Source: Leucoraja erinacea
Lineage: Eukaryota
Direction of reading: 5' to 3'
Assembly: GCF_028641065.1 (NCBI RefSeq)
Contig: NC_073380.1
Coordinates: forward strand, 104,408,001-104,472,000
Length of the DNA: 64,000 nucleotides
The notes under the pieces are model-generated. The model was not told the DNA's origin. It saw only the letters and a list, made by a program, of their open reading frames with translations, and searched no databases. How positions within the stretch are numbered: the stretch's first letter is position 1; each line of letters opens with the position of its first letter. Shown here piece by piece: positions 1-11,624 of the stretch. The translations under genes and the position numbers were made by a program.

Positions 1-234
1 CTAAATCGCTGTGTTGCTTCTCTGGTGAGTTTGTTCTACAGCTTGAGCCAGATATACTCAGAGCTAAAAGCAGGGCTCTGTGATGCTGGCAGAAGTGTAT
101 GATACATGGAATATGGTCTTGGTGATTATTGACTATTCTATGGGGTATCTCGCCCAACTCACATACAGATCCCTATTTGATTATGAGGCAGAGTACTAAG
201 AGCCAATTAGTTTTGGTGTGCCATTGGTATAGTA

Positions 235-518
235 TGATAGGTTACGATACAATATGATAAAACTTTATTCATCACTGGAGAGAAATGGGTCTGCCAACAG
301 TCACAACACACAATAAGGTGCAGGAAAACATGAATTTAAATTAAATTTAGAGTGAGAAAAAAAGAAATAGTCAAGCTACTTTTGGCTGGCTGCTGTGTGC
401 ATAGCGCCTTAAACAAAACAAATAAATAAACAAACACAGACGTATCCCCTGGGCAGAAGATTCTAAAACTAGAGTGCCCCACACCGGGGCCCCCTTTGTT
501 CTCCCTTCGTCCCCCATG
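235..518 (-). mobile_element. 3' fragment of a non-coding non-LTR (SINE-like) element
   Basis: On the minus strand a GT-rich tract ends in AATAAA plus a short (TATCA/TATCG)-type tail. It abuts and appears to truncate the 3' end of the neighbouring LINE. Confidence 0.4.
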
Positions 519-1975
519 CCGATCCAACTCAGTATCCTGTACCTGCCTTCTCTCCATACCCCCTGATCCCTTTAGCCACAAGGGCCACATCTAACTCCAT
601 CTTAAATATAGCCAATGAACTGGCCTCAACTATCTTCTGTGGCAGAGAATTCCAGAGATTCACCAATCTCTGTGTGAAAAATGTTTTCCTCATCTTGGTA
701 CTAAAAGATTTCCCCCTTACCCTTAAACTGTGACCCCTTGTTCTGGACTTCCCCAACATCGGGAAAAATCTTCCTACATCTAGCCTGTCCAACCCCTTAA
801 GAATTTTGTAAGTTTCTATAAGATCCCCCCTCAATCTTCTAAATTCTAGCGAGTACAAGCCGAGTCTATCCAGTCTTTCTTCATATGAAAGTCCTGACAT
901 CCCAGGAATCAGTCTGGTGAACCTTCTCTGCACTCCCTCTATGGCAATAATGTCCTTCCTCAGATTACGAGACCAAAACTGTACGCAATACTCCAGGTGT
1001 GGTCTCACCAAGACCCTGTACAACTGCAGTAGAACCTCCTTGCTCCTATACTCAAATCCTTTTACTATGAATGCTAACATACCATTCGCTTTCTTATAAC
1101 CATATAACAATTACAGCACGGAAACAGGCCATCTCGGCCCTACACTTCACTGTCTGCTGCACCTGCATGCCTACTTTCAATGACTGGTGTACCATGACAC
1201 CCAGGTCTTGTTGCATCTCCCCTTTTCCTAATCGGCCACCATTCAGATAATAGTCTACTTTCCTGTTTTTGCCAGCAAAGTGGATAACCTCACATTTATC
1301 CACATTATACTGTATCTGCCATGCATTTTCCCACTCACCCTGCCTATCCAAGTCACTGTGCAGCCTCCTAGCATCCTCCTCACACATAACACTGCCCCCC
1401 AGCTTAGTGTCATCCGCAAACTTGGAGATGTTGCATTCAATTCCCTCGTCCAAATCATTGACATATATTGTAAATAGCTGCAGTCCCAGCACTTAGCCTT
1501 GCGGTACCCCACTAGCCACTGCCTGCCATTGTGAAAAGGACCCGTTTACTCCTACTCTTTGCTTCCTGTTTGCCAACCAGTTCTCTATCCACATCAATAC
1601 TGAACCCCCAATACCATGTGCTTTAAGTTTGTATATTAATCTCTTATGTGGGACCTTGTCGAAAGCCTTCTGAAAGTCCAGATATAACGCATCCACTGGT
1701 TCTCCCTTATCCACTCTACTGGTTACATCCTCGAAAAATTGTATAAGATTCGTCAGACATGATTTACCTTTCATAAATCCATGCTGACTTTGTCCAATGA
1801 TTTCACCACTTTCCAAATGTGCTGCTATCCCATCTTTAACAATCGACTCAAGCATCTTCCCCACTACCGATGTAAGGCTAACTGGTCTGTAATTCCCCGT
1901 TTTCTCTCTCCCTCCCTTTTTAAAAAGTGGGTTACATTAGCTACCCTCCAATCCTCAGGAACTACTCCAGAATCT
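519..1975 (-). mobile_element. CR1-clade LINE (HER1-like), 5'-truncated, RT region disrupted
   Basis: Minus ORFs 1493-1864, 1094-1492 and 529-1110 give QHGF..GKSC, YLDFQKAFDKV, SGVPQG, KFADDTKL and LVRPHLEYCVQFWS. There is a stop after VPQG and a small insertion at 1096-1144. Confidence 0.95.
1096..1144 (-). mobile_element. 49-bp 3' tail of another CR1-type element inserted in the LINE
   Basis: The minus strand reads GGCCGAGATGGCCTGTTTCCGTGCTGTAATTGTTATATGGTTAT. It is absent from the homologous site in the other copy at 41281-41310 and is flanked by CTT on both sides (1093-1095, 1145-1147). Confidence 0.7.
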
Positions 1976-2389
1976 GTCAGCACTTACCACAACAAGGAAA
2001 ACTCTTGTCTCCTGCCCTTGTAAACTAGCCCCACCCACCTATGGCGACTCCACTTTCTGCTCCGTCCTTAACCATTTGATCTCCTTAAAGTCTTTTTTAA
2101 TCTTTCCTCCACCATTATGTGTAGACTTGCCTAATGATAAAGTCATTCATAGGATAAAAGTGGAAAAAATATGAATCAAAGTCACCTATAATCCTCTAAT
2201 GGTTAGAAAGCTAGTTCCCAATGTCATCACATCTTTTTGGTCAGTTATCCTCTATCTTTGTGAAGGATTGGGGCACAGATTTCTCATGGTTAATATAAAT
2301 AAAACAGACATCAATAAGGCTGCTGGGAAGACACTCTGGTTGCAAAGATATACAGTGATAAATTCTCCATGGATACTAGGGGCTCCGCA

Positions 2390-3187
2390 TTGATATTAAC
2401 ATGTCTTATTTTTATTTTTAGTCTGTTTTAAAAGTGTGATTTGGAGGATTCTTTATTTTTTTTATGTGGGGGAGGGTGGTAGGATAAGGGGGAAACTGTT
2501 TCTAAGTCACTTCCTGGCTGGACGTGCCTATTCTCCGAGTCGCGTCCAGTAACGGTTATGTGATGTGAATAAAATAGTAGTAAAGACACAGTGTGTTCAT
2601 GACTCCTCTTTACAGTGCAGCACTGGATTCAATGCAGAGCGGGCGGATGCCTATCTGGATCGCCGTTTGAAGCTTCGGAGTGCTGGACCTGCTGATTCAA
2701 CATCTCGGAGCTGGGGTTTGGAGAGCTCCCAGCGCGGGCGGCGATGACCAACATCGAGGAGTCCTGGGACCCTTTGCCGAGGGCCGCCAGCGTTGAATCT
2801 CCGACCAGCGCGGCCTGTGGACTTCGAGAGCCGCGGACTCCAGTAAGAAGTGGCCGATTCGAACGTCCAAGCCATTGAGGTGGTTCTCCCGTTCCGACGT
2901 CGAAGTTCCATCATCCCGGCCTGAGGGCCTGAACATCGGGCCGCCCGTGGTGGCGAATACGAGGGGTTTGGGAGCCCCCCCCGACTGCAGGTGAACAACG
3001 GAGGTGGATGACTGAATTTTAGAACCTTCCCTCACAGTGGGAAACTTTGATCCCGCTGTGTGGGGATGTCTGTGCTAAAGTCTATCGTGTTCCGTGCTCT
3101 TTATTATTCTTATGGCTGTATGGTGGCCACACATTTCACTGTACCAATTGGTACATGTGACAAATAAATGTATCTTGTATCTTGTAT
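2390..3187 (+). mobile_element. GC-rich non-coding non-LTR element (putative non-autonomous partner of Rex1/Babar)
   Basis: Several blocks match the reverse complement of 36692-37573, e.g. GGCCTGAACATCGGGCC and GGAGAGCTCCCAGCGCGGGCGGCG. It ends in two hairpins, AATAAA and a (GTATCTT)n tail. Confidence 0.75.
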
Positions 3188-3559
3188 ATTGACTTCCATG
3201 TAAGTTTCAGCTTATCACTACTTTCAGTCATAACCTGGGTCTATGCTCCCTGGCTTTACAACCTCAATCACAGCTTCAGTTCTGCACAGACCACTGAGAT
3301 ATCTCATAGCAAACAGTATTCACTACAGAAGAGACATCTGGAGGAATGCATTGTATTGTCAATTACTCAGCTGACATTGTGGGTACATGGATCAGATAAT
3401 GCCCCAACAGAAAATGAGAATTTAGTGTGTGCATGCCTGCCTTTGCCCCATTACACATAATTGTCCTAGCTCTGTCCTCCTCTATATATAGGGAGCATTC
3501 CAACTAGTACGATACTAACCAATGCATTTTACAAGTTAATGTTTGGAAAATATATGCCA

Positions 3560-3950
3560 TAGTCATACAGATTGGGGACAAAAAACTTACAGCCCACGTA
3601 TCCTGCTCTGCCCATTAGACACCAATTTATACTGATCTTAAACTAATCATATTGTAATTTCCCCAACTTGCCATCAACTCCTCTGTCCCCAGATTCTACC
3701 AATCACCAACACGATGACTATTCGATGACTTCCTTCCACTTTGCTGCCCGCCCTCCCAATCATGATGTTAGGTACAATGGTTCATTCACATACTAGTCCA
3801 CACATTCTGGGAAATGGAGGGAGCCCGGGACAATCAGGGGAAAGTATATCATCATCGAGAGAATAAACCAACTCCAAACCGTCAGTGGGAATCAGCATTG
3901 GACGACTGGTGTTGTGATGCAACAGCTCTCTTGGTGTGACTCTCTGTTTC
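3560..3950 (-). mobile_element. degraded HE1-like tRNA-derived SINE
   Basis: Weak similarity to the better copies at 20195-20530 and 46943-47237 (CCCAGATTCTACC, GCAGCTCT..TGTG.CACT end). Confidence 0.4.
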
Positions 3951-4439
3951 CCCAGATTGGGCAGTTTTCATTATGGAACTTTGATGGGTAGGCAATGTGC
4001 TGGTTTGTGATTAGATTTGGAAGCTCATGGTTAGGTTTTATTAGGTTTCCAGCCTATGTACCAAGGCCCTTCATAAATACCATTGTGTTAGATGTTAAAT
4101 CTTCTCCATTAAAATGTCTGCATGCATAATATAAATTTCACAGGATTTGTCAATTTTAATATTTATATTTTTTCACTGATATCATTGGCATGTTATGACA
4201 CAGAACAAATGTTTGATATTTCCTCTCTATTTAACTCTCATTTTCCAGCTGTGTTAGTGACCCTAATTTACATTTATGTCTTATGATTTAAATTTGCTAA
4301 CACTACATCTGTAAGTCAATTTGACTATTAGATGGCCTGATAGATGTCCATAAAGTATGCAAGAACTCAAATAGAATATTAAATCAGTTGAGTGGAAAGG
4401 AAATATTAGGTACATTATCCCTAAATAACTATTGCACAT

Positions 4440-4910
4440 GCTTCAGAAAAGTATTCCTTTTCCCATACTCCCATATTTGATGACTTCCTTCCACTTTACT
4501 GTCGGGCCACTCAATTGTGGACATTCTATTGCTCACACTTGTGTTGCTAGTCCTTCTCTCTCCCACAAAAAGGATAGGATACTTTCCTCACAGTCAGTCT
4601 TCATGTACAACAGATCATCCTCCAACATGATGCCACCACCAAACCCATGTTCTCCTCCCTTTTCAATATACCAAATGGACAGTTCAACTTGGGAACCTCG
4701 CATTTACTTCTCCATTTAACACCTATAGCTTCTTATAATGTCTACCGATGCACTCACGGGAAATGCAAAACTGTCATATTACATCTTTCTACTCAGAATT
4801 CTAGGGATCCAAGGCAAGCACAGGTTTACATGTATTTCTATTTTGTTAATCTACATTATTTTGCTCCTCACAACATGGTATCCTCTACTTTGGTGTATCC
4901 AAAGTTAGAT
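4440..4910 (+). mobile_element. highly degraded Penelope-like ORF remnant
   Basis: Remnants resemble the Penelope C-terminal region (AGGATAGG..TTTCCTCAC, CAACAGATCATCCTCCAACAT, CAGGTTTACATGTA..TCT...AATCT). No open frame. Confidence 0.4.
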
Positions 4911-5450
4911 TGGGCGGCTGCATTGTCCCAGCGGCTGCTCCAACACCAAGAGCCCGCCGGGGCTCCAACACCAAGACCCGGTGCTTGGCCTTGCATCACC
5001 CGGCGTGGCTTTAATGGCTGCGGGACATATAACATCGCCCGCTGGGGGCTTTGACTCTGTCTTTGACTCTGACATGGGGAGGGAGAGGGGAGTGCAGGGG
5101 AGAGATATGTTTTTTTTTGCTTTCCTTCACAGCGAGGAGAAGATTGTATTGTATTGTATTGTATTCAAATTTATTGTCATTGTCTCAATTTGAGACAACG
5201 AAATGAAATTCCCTTACAGGCAGTATCATAAAAAAAATTAAAACATAATAAATAAATAATAAAACATATTAAAAATAAAATTGAAATTGAATTAAAAATG
5301 CGCTGTGAAGGGTGTTTGTGTAAATTGTGTTGTGTCTTGGGTCTTTGTCGTTTTGTATGTATGACTGCAGAAACAACATTTCGTTTGGACCTTAACGGGA
5401 TCCAAAAGACAAATAAATTGTATTGTATTGTATTGTATTGTATTGTATTG
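4910..5450 (+). mobile_element. GC-rich non-coding element (same 3' architecture as 2390-3187) with a nested reverse insert at about 5143-5297
   Basis: The hairpin CCTTCACAGCG...CGCTGTGAAGG is interrupted by a reverse-oriented 3' end nearly identical to 36692-36830. The element ends in AATAAA plus (TTGTA)n. Confidence 0.7.
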
Positions 5451-6074
5451 TGTTGGTGTGTGCCACTGCCAGCAAGTCAGTGGTGGGCTCCAGACCTCCC
5501 AGTTGCCTCACCGGCTAATTTAGAAACCTTAAAACATGAGTGGAGTTCAGCCATTTTCAATCCCAAGCAGCTGCCTAAGAATAAGAAGAAAACATAAGGC
5601 GTATCAGGTTAATTCTCTGCTCTATGCATGTTTCATTCTCTTACTCCAGAGTCTCCTTTTTCACTCTACTCTGCCCTCAGATAATCAGCATATCCATTAC
5701 TTACATTAAATTTCAGGATTTCAGTATCTGCTGCAACATGGGACCACATCAGATGGACATATAGAAACCACAGTGGAGACAGTAGAGACACTATATTCAT
5801 TACTAACCAGTAACAAGAGGATAGTAAGCAATAAAGGCAACCCATTTGAAAGAGAGTTAGAAAATAGAAACATAGACCATGTAGTGAAGTGGGAGTGAAA
5901 GGAAAGATGTTACCATCACCCTTGAAATCCCAATGCATAGAATATCCAAAGATTAGTTGTCAACAAGGAAGATCAAACTTGAAAATGGATTTCTTGGGAA
6001 TTGCACAAGAAATGCGTGCACATAATTTGCACCATGATTATTGCATTGGCAATCCTTGTGTTAAAATTACTAGA

Positions 6075-6410
6075 AGTAGAGTCAGGACCTTTTTCCCAGG
6101 TTGGCAATGTCCATACTAGAGGATATAGCTATAAGATGAGAGGTGAAAAGTTTAATAGAGATGTATGGGGCAAGTTCTTCACACAGAGAATGGTAGGGGC
6201 CTGGAACACACTACCAGGGGAGGTGGGGGAATCAAATATGATTGTGGGATTCATAAGGCTTTAAGATAGGCACATGGAAGTACAGAAAATAGAGGGATAT
6301 GGATCATGAACAGGCAGATGAGATCACCTTAACATGGTATCATGTTCGGCTGAAACATTGTGGGCAAAGGGCCCGTTCCTGTGCTGTACTGTTCTATGTT
6401 CTATGTTCTA
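6075..6410 (+). mobile_element. CR1-type LINE 3' fragment
   Basis: Translates TRGYSYKMRGEKFNRDVWGKFFTQRMVGAWNTLPGEV and ends GGGCCCGTTCCTGTGCTGTACTG(TTCTATG)n. Confidence 0.85.
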
Positions 6411-7394
6411 ATCCAAACATCTCTAATGAACTGAGCCTTCTGCTGCCATTGTCAAGCTCAGTATCACTGCCTTCATTTTGCATGATCAAACTAGACTTGT
6501 AACCTGGACAGTAACCTAGACATTTGTTTCATTTCCAATTGCTTTACCAACAATTTCCCAAGAAACCTTCTTTATACACCCACCCCTGCAATTGCTCTCC
6601 AAGAAAATTCCCCTTGATATTACTGTCTAATAATCAGTATCTACCTCTGAATTGGCGACAATGACGTTAACTCTCTTTGCCTCCTCTCTGATATCCACTT
6701 TCTTTACAATGTTCCTTGCGGCATGCTTCCAGGTGCTGCCATTCGCTTGGGAACTGGGTCCCAGAGTATTGGCACGGCCTATCACTGCCAGCACAAATTT
6801 GGCAGGCTGTCTTGCCAGAACTGCTGACAAAGCTCCAGGGTCAGGCCCATGGGCTATCAGAACGGCCATTTAAGTTGAAAAACTTTGAAAGTCTTTGAAA
6901 ATCACAAACATTCAAAATGAATTAGGAAAATAATGTTACAACAATTAAAATTACTGAAATTATTTTAAAAGTTACATGGAACTAAACACATGTGCATACA
7001 TAATTAAGAGCAATGGGAAACACATTAACAATAGCAGGTAGTTCTGCTATTATGCATATTTCCATAACGTGTGTACAAATTATGAAAAATGGTTTCGAAC
7101 CAAAAAGGGTGGGAAGAAAAACTTTTTGCATGTAGCTTCCCTGCAGTAATCTGACACAGTTGTCTCTGAAGAATACAGTTGTTAGTATCACAGTGGGTGG
7201 ATGTAAAAATTGACAAGCAATCGTGTTTATTGACATTTTTGCAATGATTCTTCATGAGACAATATAACATACAGCCTTTAGTGTTGTTAGTGTGCAGTAA
7301 CAAAAATAATAAGCCACTTTTATTGTTGAGTATCCTGCAGGGAAACAATAACTTTATTATTGCAAGGCTGAAACTCTCTCACATATGTGAATTG

Positions 7395-7555
7395 GAAGGT
7401 TAATTGGCTTCTGCAACTTGCCCCTGGTGAGTATGAAGTGGATGAGAAAGTGGGATAATCTGGAATTTGTGTGAATGAGTGATCAATGGTCAGTGTGGAC
7501 TCGGTGGGCCAAAGAGTCTATTTCAGTGCTAAGCTGAACTAAAACTAGACTAATC
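7395..7555 (+). mobile_element. HE1-like SINE 3' fragment
   Basis: GGTTAATTGGC...TTGCCCCT...GATCAATGGTCAGTGTGGACTCGGTGGGCC, with a CTAAA-type tail. Confidence 0.65.
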
Positions 7556-8029
7556 AAGCAAAGATTCGGCAACTGGATTTCTTGACCTAAGAACTGAGAG
7601 ATCTCTGCAAGTTAATCTAGTCTAACTCGGTGAGGACTTCATCGGGTTAAACCCTACAACATGAACCACTTCTTATAGCTCAGGAATCACCTCTGGCAAA
7701 GTCAGATATTAAGGATGAAACTCTTCACCATCTTAATTGTGCCTGTATAGTCCTTTATAGGTTAAGTAAAAAGATATTTGAAAATCAGGAGTGCAAACCT
7801 GACATATAACAATGGTCGACCAGGAAGAAGTGACATCTGCCTCCAACATGCTGAGTGTTGGAGCACCTACAGCAGGCACTGGGAAAATACCACCGATGCT
7901 GTCTCCACAGAATACCTCTAAATCACTGGAAGGAAAAGCAAATCAATGTCAGTTCCCAATTCTGAGGCCCATTTACTTTGTTACATTGAGCAGCCAACTC
8001 CATTCATTTGTTGGACCCTAGACCTCTGA

Positions 8030-8412
8030 AACAGATACAAAATGCTGGCGTAACACAGCGGGTCAGCCAGCATCTCTGGAGAAAAGGAATAGGTGATGTT
8101 TCAGGTTGAGACCCTTCTTCAGACTGAGAGTCTGGGAAGGTAGAAACTAGAGATACGAAAAGTTACAGAACAAATCAGAGCTGGCACCGATATCTAAGGA
8201 AAGATGGACCCCCAATCCTCCATTGTTGGCTGTGAAAGAGGTGATAATGAAGGGTTATGAACAGTGAAACTAGCAGGACGTCAGGGTGGGGAAAGGATGA
8301 GAGAGAGAGAAGGCAAGGGTTGCTTGAAATTGGAGAAATCAATGCTCATACCATTGGGTTGTAAGCTAACTAAGCAATATAAGAGGTACTGTTCCTACAA
8401 TTTGCGTATGGA
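8030..8412 (-). mobile_element. Penelope-like element 3' end / pLTR
   Basis: Matches 60840-61135. The minus strand has CTGAAGAAGGGTCTCAACCTGAAACATC and a C-terminal remnant like KL.EQ.L..CL.SLQPNGMSIDFSNFK. Confidence 0.85.
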
Positions 8413-8477
8413 CTGAAACACTTTGATCTAAAATCTGCACACAGGCAGAGATTATTAAACAGCCAAAAGGATTAAGG

Positions 8478-8975
8478 ATGTTTCTGGTCGCTCTGCGGAC
8501 TAACATCGTGGAGCTGGAGGCTTTGCTTGGGTCTGACTTGGAGCCCCACTGCGGGACGTGGACTTACCATTGGTGCCTATTCCTTGCCTGGGATCGACGC
8601 TCCAACTGCAACCTGCAGATTTTAACATCAAGGAGCTCGCAGTCTTGGGTAAGAGACCGACACCAGGAAGCACCAAAAGCCACAAGATGTTCAACTAACC
8701 CAGACCCGGGATAGATCGCCCAGCGTGGGAAGCTGTGATTCCACCCCGATGCCGGAGCTTGATCGCCCCAAAGAGGAGGACCACTGTCGGCAACAGACAA
8801 AGACGGGAGAGATTGAACTTTTTATCGCCTTCCATCACATTGAAGAATGTGGAGGAGTCACTGTGGTGGATGTTTATGTTAAAATGTATTGTGTGTGTTC
8901 TTATGCTTTTTATTGGTAAGATTGTAGGGAAAAACAAATTCCTTGTATGTTGCAAAACATACTTGGCTAATAATA
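8478..8975 (+). mobile_element. GC-rich non-coding non-LTR element with Rex1/Babar-like 3' tail
   Basis: Hairpin TCCATCACATTGA...TCACTGTGGTGGA. Its tail CAAATTCCTTGTATG...ATACTTGGCTAATAA resembles the Rex1/Babar tail at 21567-21600. Confidence 0.7.
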
Positions 8976-9156
8976 ATAATACATTTTATTTTCGGGCGCC
9001 TTTCAAATCTCAAGGTCACCTTACAAAGATCAAACAGAAGAGAAAAAAAAACATATAGTTGGAGAAAAATAAATAATAAAGACATCATCAATACACAAAT
9101 TAAAGATAGAAATCGCTGCAAAGACACAAAATCAAAAAAAACAAAAAAAACCACAA
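8976..9156 (-). mobile_element. 3' end of an L2-type LINE/SINE, reverse orientation
   Basis: The minus strand ends TGTAAGGTGACCTTGAGATTTGAAAGGCGCCCGAAAATAAAATGTATTATTATT, a typical L2-clade tail. Confidence 0.65.
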
Positions 9157-9179
9157 TGTAGGCAGTCTGAATGGTAATA

Positions 9180-10315
9180 CAGGTGCACAACCTTTTATCC
9201 GGTGTTCCGGAAACCGAAAAACTCCGAAAACCGGCCATTTTTTCCAGATGTCGTCTGCGCACCAAAGCTCGCGTTTGGCGCCAAACTTGACCCGAAACGA
9301 CCCACGGTCAACCCAGGTCTGTACTACTGTAGCGGCTGCCTCCTCCCCGGAGACCAGGAGACGCTTAAACATCTGTAAATCATTGCCTAAATGTTAGTCA
9401 GTTAGCTTGGAGGGCTTTTATGTGAAGGGGGGGTGAAGGGGTAAACTTTAATTCTTAGTCCCCTACCTGGTCGGAGAGGCGGGGAGCGGTCAATGCCTTA
9501 CCGGGTTGCCGTGCAGTAAGCTCCGCAGCGCTGTTGCCGGTGGGGCTGCGGGCGGCGCCGGTTGTAGCTCCGACCCCGGCAACTCTACCCCTGGCTGCGA
9601 GGCGCTCCAAATCCAGCGTGGCCCGCGGCCGGACTCCCCAGCTCCGCGAATGTCGGGAGTCGGCGGCGTCGCAGCGCTGGGATAGCAATGCCTTACCGGG
9701 TCGCCGTGCGGCAAGCTCCGGAGCGCTGTGGCCGCCGACTCCCAACGTTCGCGGAGCGTCGCTGGATTTGGAGCCGCGCAGCCAGGGGTAGAGTTGCCGG
9801 GGTCGGAGCTCCAACGGCGCCGCCCGCGGCCGGACGGAGCCCCCAGCTCCGCGAGGTTGGGAGTCGCCGACCAGGTAGGGGACTAAAAATTAAAGTTTCT
9901 CCCTTCACCCCCACTCCTCCACCACCACCACATAAAATCCCTCCAAACTAACTGACTAACATTTATGCAATGATTTACAATGATTCACCCGGTCTCCGGG
10001 GAGGAGGCAGCCGCTCCAGACTTTTCAAGCCGCCTGCGCTACCTACCTAATCTACGCTAAAAATCTTCCATTCGGAAATCCGAAAATATCCGAAATCCGA
10101 CAAGTGTCTGGTCCCAAGGCTTTCGGATAAAAGGTTGTGCACCTGTAATTTTTGCAAGGATATACGATCAGATTTTCCGGGCAGGAGGCAGCCGCTCCAC
10201 CCATAAATGCTCTTACCTAATCTACGCTAAAAATGTTCCATTCGGAAATCCGAAAATGTCCGAAATCCGACAAGTGTCTGGTCCCAAGGCTTTCGGATAA
10301 AAGGTTGTGCACCTG
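9180..10315. mobile_element. Tc1/mariner (pogo/Tigger-type) non-autonomous DNA transposon (MITE) with duplicated right end
   Basis: TIR CAGGTGCACAACCTTTTATCCG at 9180, with its reverse complement ending at both 10145 and 10315. TA flanks at 9178-9179, 10146-10147 and 10316-10317. Long internal inverted repeats and no transposase. Confidence 0.9.
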
Positions 10316-10427
10316 TAGTTGCATCCCTCATTGACTGTTTTTGCACAAACTGGGAATGCCCTATTTTGCATGCTTTGTACCATCTCTAGACCGAAATGAC
10401 TGCTTGTCGCATAGCTCTGTATCGTAC

Positions 10428-10641
10428 TGTGGCGGCTCCTAAGGGTTGTCCCATTATACTGCCGAACCCCTCGGCACAGGAGTGGTGCAGTCCGGAGGCG
10501 GTCCTTAGCCGGAGGGTATAAAAGGCAGGGTTTGGGTGCCATCTTCCCCTGGTTTCGTCTTCCCCTGAACCGGGAAGAAATAAAGCAAAGTGCTTCTCAA
10601 ACTGCGGACTACTTGCCTCATTTTGAGACCCACGCACTACA
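10428..10641 (+). repeat. 5' LTR
   Basis: TGTGGCGG...CACTACA with TATAAAA and AATAAA. It differs from the 3' LTR at 3 positions by my reading. Confidence 0.97.
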
Positions 10642-10642
10642 T

Positions 10643-10657
10643 TGGTGACCCCCGACG
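10643..10657 (+). promoter_or_regulatory. primer-binding site, tRNA-Trp-like
   Basis: TGGTGACCCCCGACG lies 1 nt after the LTR. The complement of the tRNA-Trp 3' end is TGGTGACCCCGACG, so this copy has one extra C. Confidence 0.85.
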
Positions 10658-10670
10658 CTCCATTGGCATC

Positions 10671-11624
10671 ATGATGGAGACCGAACATAGCCCTACCTCC
10701 TCACACGCCAGCCCGACCCTGTCTCTGGACGCGGTCTACGTGAAACTGCCCAGCTTCTGGACCACACCGCCGCTCATCTGGTTCCAGCAGGCGGAGGCCC
10801 AGTTCAACCTGCGGGGCATCACGGTCGATGCCACCCGCTTCTATTACCTGGTGGGAGCCCTCGACCAGGATGCGGTGGAAGAAGTATCGGACTTCCTCGC
10901 AGCCCCCCCGGACAATGATAAATATCTCGGCCTGAAACAGCTCCTGCTCCAAATTTACGGACTAAGTAGGATGGAGTGTGCTGGTAGGATCCTGCATATG
11001 GGGGGCCTGGGCGACCGGCGGCCATCTACCCTCCTAAAGGAAATGGTGGCGTTATTAGACGGGCACACGCCGTGCCTGTTGTTTGAGTACACTTACCTGC
11101 ATCTGCTGCCGGCCTACATTCGATTGCAACTCACCGACGCCTCGTTTGCCGACCTTCGGGCCCTCGGGAGGCGCGCCGACGCCATGTGGATGGCGCGCCC
11201 TGATGACGTCAGCGCGCTGGGCGTCAGCAGAGACGAGGTCGCGCTGAGGTCGACGCGCCCGGATGACGTCAACGCGCTGGCCGTCGGCAGGCACGCCGGT
11301 GACGTCAACGCGCTGGCCGTCGGCAGGCACGCCGATGACGTCACCCCAGCAGCTCCCGATTTCCTCCGGTGGGGCGGGGGAGCTGTGGAAGGAGTGACAG
11401 CTCCAGCCCGACGGCCAGCACGATTACCCCCAGCGGCAGTGAGGGGTACTGCACCTGCAGTCCAGCGCCAGCAAGCTGCAGGCACCACCAGCAGGGGCAG
11501 GCAAGCTCCAAATAGCACGAACACAAGGAGCTGGTGCTATTTCCATCAGCGCTGGGGTGCTGCAGCACGACAATGCCGCCAGCCATGCACATTTCCGGGA
11601 AACGCCTGGGCCGGCTGCCAATAG
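10671..11624 (+). CDS. gag: Gypsy Gag
   Basis: First ATG after the PBS. N-terminal [19 protein letters not shown] motif and C-terminal [19 protein letters not shown] Cys/His motif. Confidence 0.92.
   Translation: MMETEHSPTSSHASPTLSLDAVYVKLPSFWTTPPLIWFQQAEAQFNLRGITVDATRFYYLVGALDQDAVEEVSDFLAAPPDNDKYLGLKQLLLQIYGLSRMECAGRILHMGGLGDRRPSTLLKEMVALLDGHTPCLLFEYTYLHLLPAYIRLQLTDASFADLRALGRRADAMWMARPDDVSALGVSRDEVALRSTRPDDVNALAVGRHAGDVNALAVGRHADDVTPAAPDFLRWGGGAVEGVTAPARRPARLPPAAVRGTAPAVQRQQAAGTTSRGRQAPNSTNTRSWCYFHQRWGAAARQCRQPCTFPGNAWAGCQ

Noticed and set aside
2549-2614. AT-rich insert in the GC-rich element resembling an LTR 3' end (AATAAA...TTTACA)
   Set aside because: It is too short, with no clear TSD or second copy to support a call.
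6627-6898. Overlapping 60-80-aa ORFs on both strands in unique-looking sequence
   Set aside because: No recognisable domain or clear splice sites. It may be a conserved non-coding element, but that cannot be judged from this window.
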